This document shows positions 19,101-27,835 of a stretch of 64,000 bases of DNA, piece by piece (positions within the stretch are counted from its first letter, which is position 1; each line of letters opens with the position of its first letter). Location of the stretch: the NCBI GenBank assembly GCA_965262725.1, contig OZ253555.1, forward strand, positions 704,001 through 768,000, given 5' to 3'. The translations under genes and the position numbers were made by a program. Source of the stretch: Dehalococcoidia bacterium (lineage in GTDB: Bacteria > Chloroflexota > Dehalococcoidia > UBA2979). A model generated the notes under the pieces. That model was not told the DNA's origin and ran no database searches. It worked only from the letters and a program-made list of their open reading frames with translations.

Positions 19101-20132
19101 GCGTTCCAGCGGCGTGTGGCGGAGTCGCGGGAGCTGGCGATCGCCCTCCCGGAATTGTGCGTTTCTCCGGGGATCGCCACGTCCGACATCCCGGTGGTGA
19201 TCGCTGCTCTGGAATCCGGGCTGGTCCCGCCTTCGGGGTTGCGCTGTTGGGGCTTCGGCGGCGTGCTGCAGAAACTGCCACCGTCCGCTGTCGTGCCCCT
19301 GTTCGACGCACTGCTCGACCAAGATGCCGAGGGGCTCGCCGTAACCGCGGACCTCATGGGGATGTACGCGTTCGGTCAGGTCGACCGACTCGACGCACTG
19401 CGGCCTCAGGTTGTGAGGCTCGCCTCGAACGTCGGCAGCTGGCGCCGAGAGTCAAGTGAGCGGTCCGACTCTTACCATCTGGAGCAGGTCATGGAATGGA
19501 TTCTCGCCAAGGGGAGGGCGGATCCGGATGCCACCGCCTCGGCCCTCGCCCTCGCACGGGGACTGGTCACGGGGACATTCGATGGCGCCCAGAGGGTTCG
19601 GCCCCTGATTCGAACGCTGTTGTCGGGATTCCCAGAGGTCGTGTGGCCACTCATCGGTCAGGCGATCGTGTCCAATCCGCGAGCAGCGCGGCGCGCGGAG
19701 CTGCTCCTCGGGGACTCGCCGTCATTACGTCGAGGGCAACCCCCGATCCTCGATCTGCCCGAGGACAGCCTGTTCGCGTGGTGTCACGCCCACCCGGACA
19801 CTGCTCCGGCGTGCGCGGCCAGGATCATCCCGGTGCTGGACCCAGTGGACGCCGTCCCCAACGAGCGCTCGTTGCATCCCATCATGGCACGGTTGCTCGA
19901 CGAGTTCGGACACCGGGATGACGTGCTACGAGCGATTGAACTGAACGTCTGCAACTTCGGTTGGTGGGGGTCGGTGGCAGCCTACTACCGACAGTACGAT
20001 ATGCCGCTAGACGGGTTGTCGAAGCACCCGCGGCCTGAGGTGCGACGGTGGGCGAGGTCAATGCTCAGGAAGCTCCATGCCTCCATCGAGCAGGCCCGTG
20101 AAGAGGAAGAGGAGACGCGATGGGACGTCTAG
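16131..20132 (+). CDS. XRE/MqsA-like HTH + PD-(D/E)xK-like domain + STAND-like P-loop NTPase + helical repeats; candidate defence protein
   Basis: IRDRLGLTQVEAGELIGGGPRAFTKYE HTH; DGGEDG...QAK; GLPGVGKS Walker A; ILVVDD Walker B; ~1333 aa. Confidence 0.7.
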   Translation: MEESLRRLAPEEIRAIRDRLGLTQVEAGELIGGGPRAFTKYEAGTITPAASVDTLLRLLDANPATIRLLSPGRALPQAAGMRFPFEAGASDVATLNERELPALLRRLLRAEAVAHSVSPAGIHVAENIHAPDGGEDGRIEWQGAPERTRFLPGRLVQFQAKAGPMPPSAAIRDVLAANGEVKAALRTGLAGGGYYIMLCAHPYTRKQIREREAGLRAAVRDAGVAIAAEQIQFWDAGQIAEWANSYPSIVIWIKERTSPGTIGPFRSWSHWAARSEHDQSLWLDDGRLPALRARLLERVAEQRSAFRVVGLPGVGKSRLVLEALGRETEASDHSLSDFVLYAVQSEVGWESIGRTVQTLVDDGQRAILVVDDCGPQSHGALVRMILRRGSRLSLVTIDNEIPAGTLDRSTFLVPEAPPAVTEGIIGQLLPGLPYEDGQRLARFSRGFPGIAIRVGHVWLESRPLADAADEALVGAFVLGRNRRDSESLLKSAQLLASFGLVGVRDQGELRELAALVGSLSADNFHADCATLADRGVAKYRGAKVALQSGPIAFKLAESQWREWPRDTWDLVLAGRIGPDLKRQAARRLAELNTTDIAVTVAEHVCRVGGPLDGFQKASAEGLGDVLSSLAEISPEMVGERIESALDDAADLSRVDGDLRRGLVMALERVAFHARTFETGALLLLRLAVAEKEPWSNNAAGRFTELFPVLEGGTEADGSARIAVLDGLAATNDPTQRAIVVAALAAGSETATFQRTLGAESHGTRPALAPWFPPTRKDATDYIRDCVTRLGYLAESDDAAGKAARAAFSNGLGEWVQEGLLDVVEGAVRRIAPAVGYWPEAAATLGDLLADGVDGLDPDALKRIEALIGSLQPRTMDALIRARISTVAWNPGKGEDIEAQHQRAAGDVRDLVKELIEQPALLESYLPRLSCGHHQMARVFGEAVADLTHGSPDWLQRFEAAVAGVPAGERSFDLLSGYVGWLRTNRPAAAEAFQRRVAESRELAIALPELCVSPGIATSDIPVVIAALESGLVPPSGLRCWGFGGVLQKLPPSAVVPLFDALLDQDAEGLAVTADLMGMYAFGQVDRLDALRPQVVRLASNVGSWRRESSERSDSYHLEQVMEWILAKGRADPDATASALALARGLVTGTFDGAQRVRPLIRTLLSGFPEVVWPLIGQAIVSNPRAARRAELLLGDSPSLRRGQPPILDLPEDSLFAWCHAHPDTAPACAARIIPVLDPVDAVPNERSLHPIMARLLDEFGHRDDVLRAIELNVCNFGWWGSVAAYYRQYDMPLDGLSKHPRPEVRRWARSMLRKLHASIEQAREEEEETRWDV

Positions 20133-20196
20133 TTGGACCGGCGACGGGTCAGGGCCTTGTGGCGGACGTTTCCCGTAGCGCACTCTGGCCTACTCG

Positions 20197-20270
20197 ATGA
20201 GCAGGGTCATGGTGTTCATTGATGGCAGCAACCTCTACTACAGCCTACGAGAGCATCACGGTCGCACCGA
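20197..20270 (+). pseudogene. NYN/LabA-domain nuclease N-terminal relic
   Basis: MSRVMVFIDGSNLY motif, then fused to IS1595 sequence. Confidence 0.7.
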
Positions 20271-20429
20271 TGGCACACCGCATCCGCGAGGCGTGGGGCG
20301 AGCACGGACCGCAGGCTCCGTTCTTCGGCCCGGTGGAGGTAGACGAGACCTACGTCGGCGGGTGGGAATGATGCTTACATCTGGCCCCACTTTGATCCTC
20401 TGATCTGGCCCCACCCCCGGGGACCGGGA

Positions 20430-21212
20430 TCAGGTCGTTGGGGCACCTCCTCTCGGGGAGGTCGAGGCCCGGAGCCGGTAGGACTCGGTGCCGGTCTCGA
20501 TGATATGGGCACGGTAGGTGAGGCGGTCAACGACGGCCGCGGCGAGACGAGGGTCGGTGAAGATGCGGCCCCACTCGGAGAACGGGGAGTTGGAGGCGAC
20601 GGCGACCGATGCCCGTTCCTCGCGCTCGGTCAGGATCTGGAACAGCATTTCGGCACCGCGCGGGTCGAGGTGGACGTACCCGAACTCATCCAGGCAGAGC
20701 AGGTCGAGGCGGCCGTAGCGGGCGACGAGGCGTGAGAGCGCGCGATCATCCGACGCTTCGGCCAGTTCATTCACCAGGGCGGCCGTGGTCATGTACCGCA
20801 CGCGCAGCCCCAGGTGGCAGGCGGCCATGCCGAGGCCGATGAGCAGGTGTGACTTCCCGGTGCCGCTGTCACCGAGCAGGACGACGGGCTCGCCCCTTTC
20901 GACCCAGTCGCAGCGCTCCAGCGTGGCGAGCGCCGGCGCGTCGACTGTCGGCGCCGCCTCGAGGTCGAAGTCGGCGAGGTACTTGAAACGCGGGAACCGC
21001 GCCTCGACGATACGGCGCTGACGGCGCCGCTCCTCACGGTCATCGCGTTCGGCTCCCAGCACTTCGGCGAGATAGCCCAGATGGGTGATCCGGTCTCGGA
21101 CCGCGGCTTCGGCGAGCGGGAGCGCCTGCTTCCTGACGGTGGGGAGACGGAGCTCGCGGCAGATCGCCTCGATTGTCAGCTCCGCGGCCTGGTCGGTGAG
21201 GGGTGCTGTCAT
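20430..21212 (-). CDS. istB: IS21 helper ATPase IstB
   Basis: GDSGTGKSH, LDEFGY, VDRL. Confidence 0.95.
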   Translation of the reverse strand: MTAPLTDQAAELTIEAICRELRLPTVRKQALPLAEAAVRDRITHLGYLAEVLGAERDDREERRRQRRIVEARFPRFKYLADFDLEAAPTVDAPALATLERCDWVERGEPVVLLGDSGTGKSHLLIGLGMAACHLGLRVRYMTTAALVNELAEASDDRALSRLVARYGRLDLLCLDEFGYVHLDPRGAEMLFQILTEREERASVAVASNSPFSEWGRIFTDPRLAAAVVDRLTYRAHIIETGTESYRLRASTSPRGGAPTT

Positions 21213-21228
21213 CGGGTGCCTCCTGTGG

Positions 21229-22863
21229 TCAGCGTGCCGTCGACACCGCAGCGGTGACGGCGGTTGTGGTGGTGTGCGACGCGTTCTCGGCAGACCGCGG
21301 AGCGCGGGAGCGCCCGCCCGGCGACGTGCCGGGCCATCGGGAATCACCCGAGAGCAGCGCATCGTAGCCATCGAGGAGCGGGGCAGGTCGGTCGTAGCGC
21401 TCCAGGTGCGGTCTCTCGACGGCGGCGTCTGGTGGCCTGCGGTCGGCGAGACGGCGCGCCTCGATGGCGACCAGTTCGGGGTTCACCGACTGGATCCTGT
21501 TGACCGTCCCGAGCGCGGCGTGCACCGCCGTGAAGGGAAGATGGCGATGCAGGAGCAGGACCTCGATGTACGCCTGCGTGCCCGCGCGGTCGCCGAGCTT
21601 GCGGCGGGCGCGGTCCCAGAAGCGCTGATGCTCGGCTGTGACGTGTCCCTTCGCACGCGCCTGCTGGAGCGCCACCGAGCCCGGGACCGCCCCGGGCTTG
21701 CGCGCGAGCACCTCCAGATAGTGGTCGAGCAGCAGGACCTCTGCTCCGGTGCGGGCGCTGCGCTCGTGGTGGGCGACTTCACGCCCCTCGGCCCACACGG
21801 TCAGGCTGTTCCCGGACAGCCGCACGTCCAGCTTCCGGCCTGCATAGGCCGCCGGGACCGAGTAGCGGGAGCTACGCACGGCGATGCGCGCCTTGCGGTC
21901 GACCTTCGCGCGCAGCGGGATTGACGGGTCGAAGCGCTCCGCCGGAAGCGGACGCAGCGAGGCCTTCTCGTTCTCTCCCATCTCGCCGACGGTGGCGAGG
22001 CGGCTCTCGATGTGCCGGGCGTCGTCGGTGCGGTCCGCCTCCCGCACTCGTTCGTTCAGCTCGCCGAGGGTCGCCACCTTCGGGACCGGCACGAAGTGCC
22101 GCCGGCGGAAGCGGCCGACCTCGCCCTCCACACCGCCCTTCTCGTGCGCGCCCTCGATGCCGGGCTCACAGAAGAAGCTGTCGAAGCCGTAATGCGAGCG
22201 GAGCGCGATGAAGCGCTCGGTCTGCAGGCGCTCGCGTCCCTGCAGCACGGTGGTGACGGCCGCCGTCAGATTGTCGTAGCGGATGCGCCGCGGCACTCCG
22301 CCGAGCCGCTCGAAGGCGACCACGTGCCCCTCGAGCAGAGACTCCTGGCCCTCGCCGACGAAGCAGACGTGCGCCGCCCGCCCCGAATGCGAGAGCCGCA
22401 TCACGAACATCGCCAGCCGGGTCTCGACGCCCTCCAGCCACACCGTCACCGTGCCGAAGTCGACCTCCGCCTCCTCGCCGGGAGGATGGACCTGCGGGAT
22501 CGTCACAACCGCGCGCCCGCCCTGGATCTCGCGACGCAGGCGCGCGACGCAGGCGCGGACCGTGGGCTCGGCCACCGTCGCCCCGTGTTCGTCGACGAGG
22601 CGCTCCCAGATGCGCCGGGCCGTGTGCCGCTGCTTGCGCGGCGCGCTGAGGTCGTCCACGAGCCAGCCCCGGATGACCGAGACGTACGGCCCGAGCTTCG
22701 GGGCCACGCGGGTCGCCTGCTTGCGTTCCGGGGGTATCGCCGACCCAAGAGCCTGCCGCACCGTGCGCCGGTGCACGCCATGCCGGCGTCCCAGCTCATG
22801 GATCGACAGCTCCTCCTCCCTCGCCATCCGTCGGATAGACTCGAACAGCTCCACTCTCGACAC
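21229..22863 (-). CDS. istA: IS21 transposase IstA
   Basis: HTH, EVDFG, YDNL, EKGGVEG. Confidence 0.95.
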   Translation of the reverse strand: MSRVELFESIRRMAREEELSIHELGRRHGVHRRTVRQALGSAIPPERKQATRVAPKLGPYVSVIRGWLVDDLSAPRKQRHTARRIWERLVDEHGATVAEPTVRACVARLRREIQGGRAVVTIPQVHPPGEEAEVDFGTVTVWLEGVETRLAMFVMRLSHSGRAAHVCFVGEGQESLLEGHVVAFERLGGVPRRIRYDNLTAAVTTVLQGRERLQTERFIALRSHYGFDSFFCEPGIEGAHEKGGVEGEVGRFRRRHFVPVPKVATLGELNERVREADRTDDARHIESRLATVGEMGENEKASLRPLPAERFDPSIPLRAKVDRKARIAVRSSRYSVPAAYAGRKLDVRLSGNSLTVWAEGREVAHHERSARTGAEVLLLDHYLEVLARKPGAVPGSVALQQARAKGHVTAEHQRFWDRARRKLGDRAGTQAYIEVLLLHRHLPFTAVHAALGTVNRIQSVNPELVAIEARRLADRRPPDAAVERPHLERYDRPAPLLDGYDALLSGDSRWPGTSPGGRSRAPRSAENASHTTTTAVTAAVSTAR

Positions 22864-23633
22864 ACTCCTCTTCCCTCGCTCCGGGAGTCATGCAGTCACC
22901 CGAGCGTAGGTCCTGGATGGGTCGGGGGTGGGGCCAATTCAAAGGATCAAAACGGCTCCAGGTGGGGCCAATTCAGAGCATCATTCCCAGGCGGGCTCGC
23001 GAAGAACAAGCACGCCTCGGAGCGCGACCGCATCGGCAAGTGTGGCGGGCTCTCGACCAAGGCGGCCGTGATCGGCGTGAAGGACCGCGAGACCGGACAG
23101 GTGCGCGCGCAGGCGATCGCAGACACCGTTGGCGACACGCTGCGCGAGTTCTTGCGCGACAACACCCGCCCCGGCGCGCAGGTGTACTCAGACGGCCACG
23201 GCGCATACCTCGGCCTCGCTGGCGAGTACAAGCACGCTGCCGTGCAGCACAGCGCGGGGACGTACGTCATCGCGCAGGTGCACACCAACGGCCTCGAGAG
23301 CTTTTGGTCGATGCTGAAGCGCGGCTACATCGGCACGTTCCACCAGATGAGCGAGAAGCACCTGGGTCGCTACGTTTCTGAGTTCGCTGGCCGCCACAAC
23401 GCTCGCCCGATAGACACTATCGACCAGATGCGCGTCGCCGTGCGCGGGATGGTCGGGCGCAGGCTGCGCTACTCGGACCTCATCAACTAGAGTGTGGTTG
23501 GGTACTCACGGGACCGCCGGGGCGCGCCTTGTCACCGGTGGCACGCGCCAGTACGCTGCGGCAGTCTGGCCGGTGGCCACTCCCTGACTTCTCGAATCGA
23601 GTACTATGTATAGTTGGACAAAGGGAGATGCGA

Positions 23634-24086
23634 ATGCAAGATGCACGTGCTGTGGCCAACTGGCTAATCGATAAGGCCATTAAGGACGGCAGGCCGCTCA
23701 CTCCACTGCAAGTCATCAAGTTGGTCTACTTCGCGCACGGCTGGACGCTGGCCTATTGCAGTCGTGCGCTGTTCCGGCAGCCTGTCGAGGCGTGGCCCCT
23801 CGGTCCGGTCATTGCTGATGTCTATCACGCTCTCAAGCAGTACCGGGCCAATCCCATCGACCACGTTATCCCGGGTGTCGCGCCGGCGGCGCTTTCCGAC
23901 GAAGAATCCAGTGTGCTGGAGGGCGTATACGCATCCTACGGCAGCATCGACGGCGTCCGGCTCTCGACCCTCACTCACCATGATGGCTCGCCGTGGCAGA
24001 AGACCATCAAGAAGCGTGGGCGTGGCACTACCATCGCCAACGCTCTCATCGAGGAGCACTTCCAGGAGCTGAAGCCGGTTGGCTAA
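23634..24086 (+). CDS. Panacea (DUF4065/SocA-like) antitoxin
   Basis: TPLQVIKLVYFAHGW...VEAWPLGPV...LTH..GSPW; RBS AGGGAG. Confidence 0.9.
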   Translation: MQDARAVANWLIDKAIKDGRPLTPLQVIKLVYFAHGWTLAYCSRALFRQPVEAWPLGPVIADVYHALKQYRANPIDHVIPGVAPAALSDEESSVLEGVYASYGSIDGVRLSTLTHHDGSPWQKTIKKRGRGTTIANALIEEHFQELKPVG

Positions 24087-24426
24087 TATTTGGATTCCGC
24101 CGCCTGCCGATAGGGAGCCAACTCGGCAGGCTGCACGCGAGGCTGAACGGTTCGGCGATGAGCGGGCACTCGGCCGCGCGACTAGGGAAGATGACAGGCG
24201 GGAACGCCTTCAGGCTATCCTTTACTGGCTGGCGGCCTTTGGAGTGGCCGTACTAGGTGCCGCGATTCTCTTTGGCATTGTCGCTCTGTCGTTGCACTAC
24301 CTTGCTCCAGCGCGCATGCACTGGCTGGCCGACCAGCAACTACGTGACTTGCAAACGATAGCAACCACCGGAGTGGGGGCAACCCTGCTGGGCGAGATTG
24401 CGCGTCGGTACCCTTTACGTAAGTAA
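24079..24426 (+). CDS. two-TM membrane protein, candidate Panacea-paired toxin
   Basis: Overlaps the Panacea stop by 8 nt; hydrophobic helices. Confidence 0.6.
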   Translation: MANIWIPPPADREPTRQAAREAERFGDERALGRATREDDRRERLQAILYWLAAFGVAVLGAAILFGIVALSLHYLAPARMHWLADQQLRDLQTIATTGVGATLLGEIARRYPLRK

Positions 24427-24559
24427 CTTGCCTCTCCGAGTTTTCAGCGCCACCGCCTAGTCGGGATGGCGTAGGTATGTAATCCCCAACGTGACCGGAC
24501 TGACCGGACCCCGTTCGCGAGACCACCGCTTATGAGAGTCCAACCAGTTGTTCCGCCCT

Positions 24560-24669
24560 GCGTTGCTCGGCCACGAGTAGGGCGACGAAGGGTCGAGAAA
24601 GACGGGTGCCCATGCCCTTCTTGCCACGTGATAGAGATTCTGGATGTCAATCAGGACGAGAGTGCGCAT
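24560..24669 (-). pseudogene. second NYN-domain N-terminal relic
   Basis: MRTLVLIDIQNLYH...PYSWPS; similarity lost after ~35 codons. Confidence 0.6.
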
Positions 24670-24737
24670 AAGAGAACACCCGCCCGGGGACGGGACCTAA
24701 GGTCGCCGCCCAGCGGGCGGGGATGAGATACGAGCAC

Positions 24738-24765
24738 ATTGTCTCTCCAAGAAGCCGCCTGTCAA
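24738..24765 (-). promoter_or_regulatory. sigma70-type promoter for the NYN gene
   Basis: TTGACA-N16-GACAAT on the minus strand. Confidence 0.6.
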
Positions 24766-24992
24766 AGCAACGGGGACTACCAAGTTGGGTGGCTGGACGG
24801 GGATCCTACTCGTCCGGGCCGGGGGGTCGGCAGAGCCTGCAGGAAGTCCTCGACGCGGCGGGGCGGCGGTTCGCCCCTCGCCTGCGCCAGCAGGTTTGTC
24901 GATCGCCAGGGTCATTGAGCCACGCGTCGCCACGGTCATTGGACCACCCGGGACGCCGGTAGGCGGCTTGATATCAGCGAGCGTCTAGCTCG

Positions 24993-25766
24993 TCAATCAC
25001 CTCCCGTCTGCGCCTCGAGCAGGGCGCGGTGCGGCGAGAGCCGCTGGCGGTAGCTATCGCCCTCGATCACGATCTGGTAGCTGGCGTTGGCGAGGCGGTC
25101 GAGGGCGCTGTTGCCGAGGATCGGGTCGTCGAAGAGACCCAGCCATTCCTCCACGGCGCGGTTCGAGGTGATGACGAAGCTCGAGCTGCGGTGGCGCCCG
25201 ATGACCAGCTCGTAGAGGTCGATGGACTGCTGCGCGCTGAGGCGATGGAGCCCGAGGTCGTCGAGGATGAGCAGGTCGGGGGCGAGGAAGCTTCGGAAGA
25301 CCTTCTCGGCCGAGTGGTCGACGCGGGCCTGCGCCATCTCGCGGAAGTAGTGGTCGGCCGGGGCGAAGCGCACGCTGCGTCCGGAGCGGACGGCTGAGTA
25401 GCCGAGCGCCTGGGCTAAGAAGCTCTTGCCGACGCCGACGGGGCCGACGAGCAGGACGTGTTCGCGGCGATCGAGGAAGTGCAGCGAGAAGGCGGCGTCG
25501 AACAGGCGGCGGTCGAGCCGGATGGCGGCCGCCCAGTCGAAGTCCTCGAGGCGGCAGAGCTGCTCGAAGCCGGCCTGGCGCAACCGCAGCTCCAACCGCC
25601 CGTGGTCGCGGCGGCTCACCTCGTCGACGAGCAGGATCTGCAGGAAGTCCGCGTAGTCGAGGTGGTCGCGCCGCGCGAGGGCGATGCGCTCGGGCAACGT
25701 GTCGAGCATGCGGCCGAGCTTGAGGCGCTTGAGCAGCGGACGGAGGTCTGAGGTGGTGGCGGTCAT
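24993..25766 (-). CDS. istB: IS21 helper ATPase IstB
   Basis: GPVGVGKSF, LDDLG, LDRL. Confidence 0.95.
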   Translation of the reverse strand: MTATTSDLRPLLKRLKLGRMLDTLPERIALARRDHLDYADFLQILLVDEVSRRDHGRLELRLRQAGFEQLCRLEDFDWAAAIRLDRRLFDAAFSLHFLDRREHVLLVGPVGVGKSFLAQALGYSAVRSGRSVRFAPADHYFREMAQARVDHSAEKVFRSFLAPDLLILDDLGLHRLSAQQSIDLYELVIGRHRSSSFVITSNRAVEEWLGLFDDPILGNSALDRLANASYQIVIEGDSYRQRLSPHRALLEAQTGGD

Positions 25767-27343
25767 CGTGGTGCTCCTGTCGGGGTCTGCGTGCGGGACT
25801 GTGCGAAGACGGAGCCCGAGTGGGCGAAGCGCCCCGGAGGCGGCGGCAGCTCGGGCTGGTCTGGGGTGCTCTCCTGGTCGAGGGCCTCGACGAGGATGCG
25901 CTCGAGGCGGCGCACGTCGATGAGGTCGACCTCGAGCGCGCGGCGGCAGGCGGCGTCGAGGCGGGCGGGGGAGTAGCGCTCGGCGAGGCGGAGCAGCTTG
26001 TGGCCCTGCCGGAGCTTCGCCCAGGGCAGGGAGCCCTCGAAGAGACGCTCGGCGTAGGCGCCCACGGCCTCCCCCAGCTCGGCGGCGCGGCGCTGTATCC
26101 AGTCGGGCGCCCGCCTGGTGTAGGGGGTGAGCTCGGCCGGGTAGTCGTTCGGGTCGGTGGCGCGGCCGCCCCGGCGCTGGCGCGGGTGGACCTTGATGAG
26201 CTGACCGCGGTGGTAGATGCGCACCAGCTTCGAGCCGAGCTGCACCTCGACCTTCTGGCGGGGCGGGCAGGCCGTGGACGGCACCGAGTACAGCGCGTAC
26301 TGGCAGGCGATGTGGTGGTCGGGATGGACCGTGGCGGTCCGCCAGTCGGGGACCTCGTAGGGCTCGCCGTCCCAGGGAGCGAGGAGAGGGAGCTCCTCCT
26401 CCCGGAAGACCTCGAGCGGCCGGCGGCGGGTCGTGCCGTGGATGCGCTGTCCCGCCACCTCCAGGCACCAGCTGCGGGCGGCGGAGCGCAGGTCGACGAC
26501 GTCCCGGAAGTCGCCGCCCTTGAAGAGGCGCTCGCGCACGTAGGGGATGCTGCGCTCGACGCGCGGCTTGTCGCGGGGATGACGCACGCGCGCGGGGTCG
26601 GTGATGAAGCCGCGGTGGCGGGCGTACTCGAGGAAGCCCCGCGTGAAGCGCGGGTGCAGCGCGTCGGCCCCGGCGACGGCGGCCGGGAAGTTATCGATGA
26701 CGAGGTAGCGGGGCACTCCCCCGAAGAAGGCCCAGGCCTCCTCCAGGCCCTCGATCACAGCGTCCAGCTTCTGGCTGGTGGTGGGCCACACAAAGCAGTG
26801 GCGGGAGTAGCGCCAGACGACGACCAGCGCCCACACCGCGCGCCGACGGCCGCTCTCGGGGTCCCGGATGAAGCCGAGGCGGCCGAAGTCCATCTCCGCC
26901 ACCTCGCCCGGCGGCCCGTCGTCCATGCGCACGGTCGACGGCAGCCGGTGGCGCCAGCCGCGGCGCCGGATGAAACGCCGCAGCGTGGTGTAGGAGACCT
27001 CGCAGCCTCGTCCGGCGAGGAGCTCCTGGATGCGCGTCAGTTGCAGGCGGTCGGTCTCAAGCCAGCGCTCGATCTGCTCCGCCCAGGGCGAGAGCAGCTC
27101 TTCGCTCGGCGCCTCGACCTGCCGCGGGCCGGAGAGGCTCAGCGTCGCCAGCGCGGCGAGCTGCTCCTCACTCGGCTCGGGACCGTCAGGTGTGAGGCCG
27201 GCCGCTTCGGCCGCGTCGATGTAGCGGCGGACCGTCTGACGCGACAACCCCATCCCGCTGGCGATGCGGCGCTGGCTGAGCCCCGCCTGCCAGCGACGAA
27301 TGATCTCCTGGATCTCCACCCCGTGTACCTCCCGGTAGGCCAT
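25763..27343 (-). CDS. istA: IS21 transposase IstA
   Basis: EMDFG, IDN, DKPRVER. Confidence 0.95.
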   Translation of the reverse strand: MAYREVHGVEIQEIIRRWQAGLSQRRIASGMGLSRQTVRRYIDAAEAAGLTPDGPEPSEEQLAALATLSLSGPRQVEAPSEELLSPWAEQIERWLETDRLQLTRIQELLAGRGCEVSYTTLRRFIRRRGWRHRLPSTVRMDDGPPGEVAEMDFGRLGFIRDPESGRRRAVWALVVVWRYSRHCFVWPTTSQKLDAVIEGLEEAWAFFGGVPRYLVIDNFPAAVAGADALHPRFTRGFLEYARHRGFITDPARVRHPRDKPRVERSIPYVRERLFKGGDFRDVVDLRSAARSWCLEVAGQRIHGTTRRRPLEVFREEELPLLAPWDGEPYEVPDWRTATVHPDHHIACQYALYSVPSTACPPRQKVEVQLGSKLVRIYHRGQLIKVHPRQRRGGRATDPNDYPAELTPYTRRAPDWIQRRAAELGEAVGAYAERLFEGSLPWAKLRQGHKLLRLAERYSPARLDAACRRALEVDLIDVRRLERILVEALDQESTPDQPELPPPPGRFAHSGSVFAQSRTQTPTGAPR

Positions 27344-27835
27344 CGCTGCTCCCTCCGCTGGGGATGCAGGCGATGGTGGCCGTACCGGCGGCCCGAGTGG
27401 TCAGACCCCCCGGAGGGGTGGCTCAATGACCTTGGCGAAGTGGCACATAGACCCTGGCGATCTCGCCGTTTGCTGGTCTATAGATCCTGGCGATTCACAC
27501 CCCCGGATCGCGGGAGCCACGCTCTACTCCCACGCGCCGCACGCACGCTTCACTTCCCACGTGTCACACGAGCACGTATCCGATGTGTTCGGAAATCCTG
27601 CTCCACGTTGAGCGTTGCCGAGAGGTCGACGGACGTGTCGATCGCGATGTGGTGGCGCTCGACCTCTCCGGCACGCTCGAGGAGGTGCTGGGGCGCGTCG
27701 GCTACGTCGCCGAGAGGGTGCGGGCCCTGTGGAATGAGGCGATTCGCTCGAGCCGCGTCGCGTAGCGCGGCGGGTTGGGGGCAGGCACCCGCTTGCGTGG
27801 AGGCAGTCGTCACACCGGAGAGCTTATGGTGACCC

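Larger units (their letters stand above)
20363..22989 (-). mobile_element. IS21-family element
   Basis: Terminal IRs TGGGAATGATGCT / AGCATCATTCCCA; 6-bp TSD GGCGGG (20357-62, 22990-95); internal TGGCCCCAC repeats. Confidence 0.95.
20270..24487 (+). mobile_element. IS1595-family element relic with passenger genes, split by IS21
   Basis: MAHRIREAW...VEVDETYVGG (20270-20362) continues GGLAKNKH...HTNGLESFWSMLKRG...RLRYSDLIN (22990-23490); putative end GTATGTAATCCCC at 24475-24487. Confidence 0.7.
24897..27499 (-). mobile_element. second IS21-family element
   Basis: Ends TGTCGATCGCCAGG / TGTGAATCGCCAGG (reverse complement); istA-istB; no TSD seen. Confidence 0.9.

Noticed and set aside
27526-27535. 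ACTCCCACGC match to the tRNA-Sec 3' region as a possible attL
   Set aside because: Only 10 nt and inverted relative to the tRNA; expected by chance
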